Origin: Vicinamibacterales bacterium
GTDB taxonomy: Bacteria > Acidobacteriota > Vicinamibacteria > Vicinamibacterales > UBA2999
Direction: 5' to 3'
NCBI GenBank assembly: GCA_044347565.1
Contig: JBIKUN010000004.1
Coordinates: forward strand, 1,295-65,294
DNA: 64,000 nt
Shown: positions 59,922 through 64,000 of the stretch, piece after piece
Numbering within the stretch: position 1 is the first letter of the stretch
Layout: each line of letters begins with the position of its first letter
Translations under genes and position numbers: made by a program
Notes under the pieces: generated by a model
Database searches by the model: none
Told to the model about the DNA's origin: nothing
Seen by the model: the letters and a program-made list of their open reading frames with translations, nothing else

Positions 59922-61105
59922 CACAGGCCGCCTCCCACTCCCACCGGCGACATCGCGCGCAGGCGCGTCACACACGCCGCCACCTGCGTCACGGCGGCGT
60001 CGATGTCGGCCGCCGTCGTGCCGCGGCCCAGGCCGAAACGCAGCGCGCCCCAGCGTTCGACGGCGCCGGCGCCGAGCGCCGTCATCACGTGCGACGGCTC
60101 GCGGCTGCCCGACGCGCAGGCCGAGCCCGACGACACCGCGACTTCATCGGCGAGGCCCGTCATGAGCGCCTCGCCGTCCACGCCGGCAAAACTCACGTGC
60201 AGGTTGTGCGGCAGGCGCGCGGTGAGCGAGCCGTTCACGGTGACGGCGGCGAGCGCCTGCGTGAGTCCGGCGAGCAGCCGGTCGCGCAGGGCCGCCACGC
60301 GCGGGCCTTCGCTTGCCACGATCTCCCGCGCGATAGCCGCGGCGGCGCCGAAGCCGACAATGCCAGGCACGTTCAGCGTACCGGCCCGGAGGCCCTGCTC
60401 CTGCCCACCGCCCACGGTCTGCGGCACGAGGGTGACCTTCGGGGCCCGCCGCACGTAGAGCGCGCCGACACCTTTCGGGCCGTACATCTTGTGGGCGCTG
60501 AACGACGCCAGGTCGACGCCAAGCGCCTCGACATCGAACGGCACGTGCCCGGCCGCCTGCACGCCGTCCGTGTGCAGCCATACCCCGTGCGCCCGGCACA
60601 CCGTGGAAATGTCGGCCACGGGATGTATGACGCCGATTTCGTTGTTCGCGGTCATCACCGACACGAGCACGGTGTCGGGCGCGAGCGCCGCGGCCACGCG
60701 GGCCGGATCGACCCGGCCGTCACGTTCGACCGGCACGACCGTGACGCGGCCGCCGTCGGCCGCCACGGCGTGACAGACGTCGAGCACGGCCTTGTGTTCG
60801 GTGGCCGCGGTCACCACGTGCGCGCCGCGGTCGCGGCGTGCCGCGAGCGCGCCGCGGATGGCCAGGGTGTTCGCCTCGGTGGCGCCGCTCGTGAACACGA
60901 TTTCTTTGGCGCGGGCGCCGATGAGGCGGGCCACCTGGTGGCGCGCGTGGTCCACCGCTTCGTCGGCCTTCCAGCCGAACCGGTGCTGACGGCTGGCGGC
61001 GTTGCCGAAATGTTCGGTGAAAAACGGCAGCATCTGCTCGACCACGCGCGGGTCCACGGGCGTCGTGGCGTGATGATCGAGATAGATGGGCCGGGTGCCG
61101 GACAT
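59921..61105 (-). CDS. Cysteine desulfurase, NifS/IscS (group I)
   Basis: 394 aa. The sequence has IYLDHHATTPVDPRV, the FSAHKMYGPKGVGALY PLP-lysine region and SSGSACASGS (active-site loop). Confidence 0.9.
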   Translation of the reverse strand: MSGTRPIYLDHHATTPVDPRVVEQMLPFFTEHFGNAASRQHRFGWKADEAVDHARHQVARLIGARAKEIVFTSGATEANTLAIRGALAARRDRGAHVVTAATEHKAVLDVCHAVAADGGRVTVVPVERDGRVDPARVAAALAPDTVLVSVMTANNEIGVIHPVADISTVCRAHGVWLHTDGVQAAGHVPFDVEALGVDLASFSAHKMYGPKGVGALYVRRAPKVTLVPQTVGGGQEQGLRAGTLNVPGIVGFGAAAAIAREIVASEGPRVAALRDRLLAGLTQALAAVTVNGSLTARLPHNLHVSFAGVDGEALMTGLADEVAVSSGSACASGSREPSHVMTALGAGAVERWGALRFGLGRGTTAADIDAAVTQVAACVTRLRAMSPVGVGGGL

Positions 61106-61113
61106 GGTCGCGT

Positions 61114-61596
61114 CTACTCCGCGACCTGCGGCGGCGCCGGTGCGGCGCCGCGGACATACATCGGGACCGCCACGGGCGTGCCGGGGGCGGGCGCCGGTTC
61201 GGCCAGTTCCGCGAGGCTCACCGTGGCGAGCGCGTCCACGATCCGCGACTTGATCTTCCAGAGCGGGTCGCGAATCTCGCAGCGGTCGTACTGCTCGCAG
61301 CCGTGGTCATCCGGGGAACAGGCGGTGATGGCGACCGGGCCGTCGATGGCCTGGATCACGTCCGCCACGGTCAGGAGCCGGGCATCACCGGCCAGGCGGT
61401 AGCCGCCGCGCGTGCCCTGCACCGAGACGAGCAGGCGCGACCGCACGAGCCGCTGCAGCACCTTGGCGAGCAGTTCGGGCGGGATGCCGTAGCTCTCGGC
61501 AATCTCGCGGGCGCTCACGGAGCTGTCGGCCGACGCGCCGGCCAGGTGACGCATCGCGATGAGCGCGTAGTCGGCTTTCTTGGAGAGTCGCAACAT
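61114..61596 (-). CDS. iscR: Rrf2-family regulator (IscR-like, three-Cys cluster ligands present)
   Basis: MLRLSKKADYALIAMRHLA is the wHTH. The Cys motif is CSPDDHGCEQYDRC. Confidence 0.85.
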   Translation of the reverse strand: MLRLSKKADYALIAMRHLAGASADSSVSAREIAESYGIPPELLAKVLQRLVRSRLLVSVQGTRGGYRLAGDARLLTVADVIQAIDGPVAITACSPDDHGCEQYDRCEIRDPLWKIKSRIVDALATVSLAELAEPAPAPGTPVAVPMYVRGAAPAPPQVAE

Positions 61597-61601
61597 AGAC
61601 A

Positions 61602-61627
61602 GGACCCGGGGGGCGGGGCCCGGGTCC
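61602..61627 (-). repeat. GC-only hairpin GGACCCGGG-8 nt-CCCGGGTCC ending 5 nt upstream of the iscR ATG
   Basis: A 9-bp perfect stem built from the same CCCGGG units as the heptad arrays at 43131 and 59163. Confidence 0.65.
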
Positions 61628-61668
61628 GAAGAACACTCGGATCACGGATACCCGACCGCCGTAGTCGT

Positions 61669-61700
61669 AGTTTAGTCCGCGAAGTCCGACTAAGCAAGTC
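61669..61700 (-). promoter_or_regulatory. Candidate isc/suf promoter TTGCTT-17 nt-TAAACT overlapping a GACT-N5-AGTC IscR-box-like palindrome
   Basis: The minus strand reads AATCCCGACTTGCTTAGTCGGACTTCGCGGACTAAACT. The palindrome is at 61688-61700, the -35 box at 61697-61692 and the -10 box at 61674-61669. Confidence 0.45.
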
Positions 61701-61708
61701 GGGATTTG

Positions 61709-61738
61709 CCCCAACCCCCAGTCCCCAGCCCCCAGCCC

Positions 61739-61739
<1 letters not shown>
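61709..61739 (-). repeat. Five-tract G-run array (minus strand GGGGCTGGGGGCTGGGGACTGGGGGTTGGGG), a G-quadruplex-type motif
   Basis: Read directly. It starts at the stop codon of the moeZ-fusion gene and ends 11 nt upstream of the candidate iscR -35 box. Confidence 0.7.
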
Positions 61740-63193
<1,454 letters not shown>

Positions 63194-63221
63194 GAGAAGG
63201 TCCTCGCTCTGGGAAACCTGA

Positions 63222-63647
63222 TTATGGCGCGGTCGCGGCGTCGGCCACCGGCCGTTCGTCGAAGGCCGTGCGATCGTCGCGCAGCATCCAGGCGGTGAGC
63301 GCCACGGCCTCGCCCGCCATCACCGACACGATCGGGTAGACGAAGGTGGGCCAGGCATGGTCGAGGTCATACTGCGACGGCACGGCCGGATGGTCGGGAT
63401 GGGAGTGATAGAAGCCGAGCAGCGCCAGCCCGGCCGCACTGGCCTGACGCTCAGACGCCAGATAGTCTTTGTCGTCGATGCGGAAACGCCGGCGCGGCCC
63501 TTCGGTCGTGACGTTTGGCAGCGGATGCGTCGCGAGCACGCGGTCGCCGTCGCCGAGCAGTGCGCCGCAGCATTCGTGCGGATACGTCTCGCGGCCGTGC
63601 GCCTCGATCGCTGCACGCACGCCAGGGCCGAGCACGACCGGCGTCAC
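63222..63647 (-). CDS. mec: JAMM/MPN+ metalloprotease (Mec+-like)
   Basis: HECCGALLG (Glu) and HSHPDHPAVPSQYD (the HxHx7Sx2D JAMM motif). It has a GTGA overlap with the cysM stop. Confidence 0.85.
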   Translation of the reverse strand: MTPVVLGPGVRAAIEAHGRETYPHECCGALLGDGDRVLATHPLPNVTTEGPRRRFRIDDKDYLASERQASAAGLALLGFYHSHPDHPAVPSQYDLDHAWPTFVYPIVSVMAGEAVALTAWMLRDDRTAFDERPVADAATAP

Positions 63648-64000
63648 CGTGCCTGCTCCCGGGTTTCGTCCCAGAAGTGCTCGGAGAGATAGCGGTCGCC
63701 GGCATCACAGAGGATGCAGACCATCACGATGTGGTCGCGGGTCTGCCGGGCCTCGGCGGCGCGCGCCACCGCGGCCGCGAGATTGGCCCCGCTCGACACG
63801 CCCACGAGCAGCCCTTCCTCGCGCGCCAGGCGGCGTGTCATCTCGTGCGCGTCCTCGGTCGAAACTTCCGCCGCGTAATCGGCCAGCGTCGCGTCGTAGA
63901 TGCCGGGCACGATGGCCGTCGCCATGTGCTTGAGCCCCTCGAGTCCGTGCAGCGGTGACTCGGGCTGCACCGAAATGAGCACCACGTTCGGGACATTGGC
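63644..64000 (-). CDS. cysM: Cysteine synthase (CysM/CysK PALP family), C-terminal part; gene continues beyond the right edge
   Basis: The frame is open to the window end. The sequence contains GLLVGVSSGANLAAAVARAA...VCILCDAGDRYLS, the typical OASS C-terminus. Confidence 0.85.
   Translation of the reverse strand, partial: ANVPNVVLISVQPESPLHGLEGLKHMATAIVPGIYDATLADYAAEVSTEDAHEMTRRLAREEGLLVGVSSGANLAAAVARAAEARQTRDHIVMVCILCDAGDRYLSEHFWDETREQAR

Overview
This is a high-GC bacterial chromosomal window that is almost fully coding. I call about 70 protein genes and 2 tRNAs. Many genes sit in operons whose stop and start codons overlap (ATGA, GTGA, TGATG).

Gene content suggests a soil Acidobacteriota- or Gemmatimonadota-like organism, but that is inference only. 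The cues are a futalosine-type radical-SAM gene, a PSCyt/DUF1592 protein, many Tat/Sec-exported enzymes and a SufU-type suf operon.

Layout, left to right:
- 1-5.7 kb: three exported redox proteins, namely a haem-c protein with a terpenoid-cyclase-like C-terminus, a Tat molybdopterin oxidoreductase and a PSCyt/DUF1592 protein.
- 5.7-13.9 kb: argA; an HxlR/NmrA divergent pair; a LuxR-type response regulator with a PAS histidine kinase; a STAS-less SulP permease followed by two USP-like genes.
- 14-23.8 kb: exported or membrane enzymes (Tat-FAH hydrolase, DsrE-like protein, DUF547, alpha/beta hydrolase, membrane-anchored MBL hydrolase, MFS transporter, PALP dehydratase, cytochrome c).
- 24-29.2 kb: vapBC, then a 4.2 kb segment bounded by a 23-nt copy of the tRNA-Ser 3' end and the intact tRNA-Ser(CGA).
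- 29.3-35.9 kb: tadA, AI-2E transporter, DoxX, 1-Cys peroxiredoxin, tRNA-Arg(ACG), GH3 hydrolase, moaB-moeA.
- 36-43.7 kb: a coupled sodA / sulfite-oxidase-family Mo enzyme / outer-membrane barrel operon; nadA with a structured leader; mutM; an Mqn radical-SAM gene plus yjbQ.
- 43.8-51.5 kb: a cobalamin riboswitch and a btuB-btuDCF-type uptake locus.
- 52.5-61.6 kb: coaA and a 10-gene iscR-nifS-iscU'-sufA-sufBCDSU-sufT operon.
- 61.7-64 kb: cysM, a JAMM protease, and a ThiS/MoaD-like carrier fused to a MoeZ-type E1-rhodanese.

I found no rRNA, CRISPR array, transposase or integrase.

The items most worth a second look are:
- the carrier-E1 fusion with its JAMM partner;
- the integrase-less tRNA-Ser islet with arm-like repeats;
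- the nadA leader with a terminator-like hairpin;
- the sodA-Mo enzyme-porin operon;
- a family of CCCCGGG / G-tract elements in spacers of minus-strand operons;
- a palindromic back-to-back -10 pair that implies leaderless divergent transcripts.

Many long ORFs in the supplied track are antisense shadows of real genes and were rejected. All family assignments come from reading motifs by eye. No database search was run.
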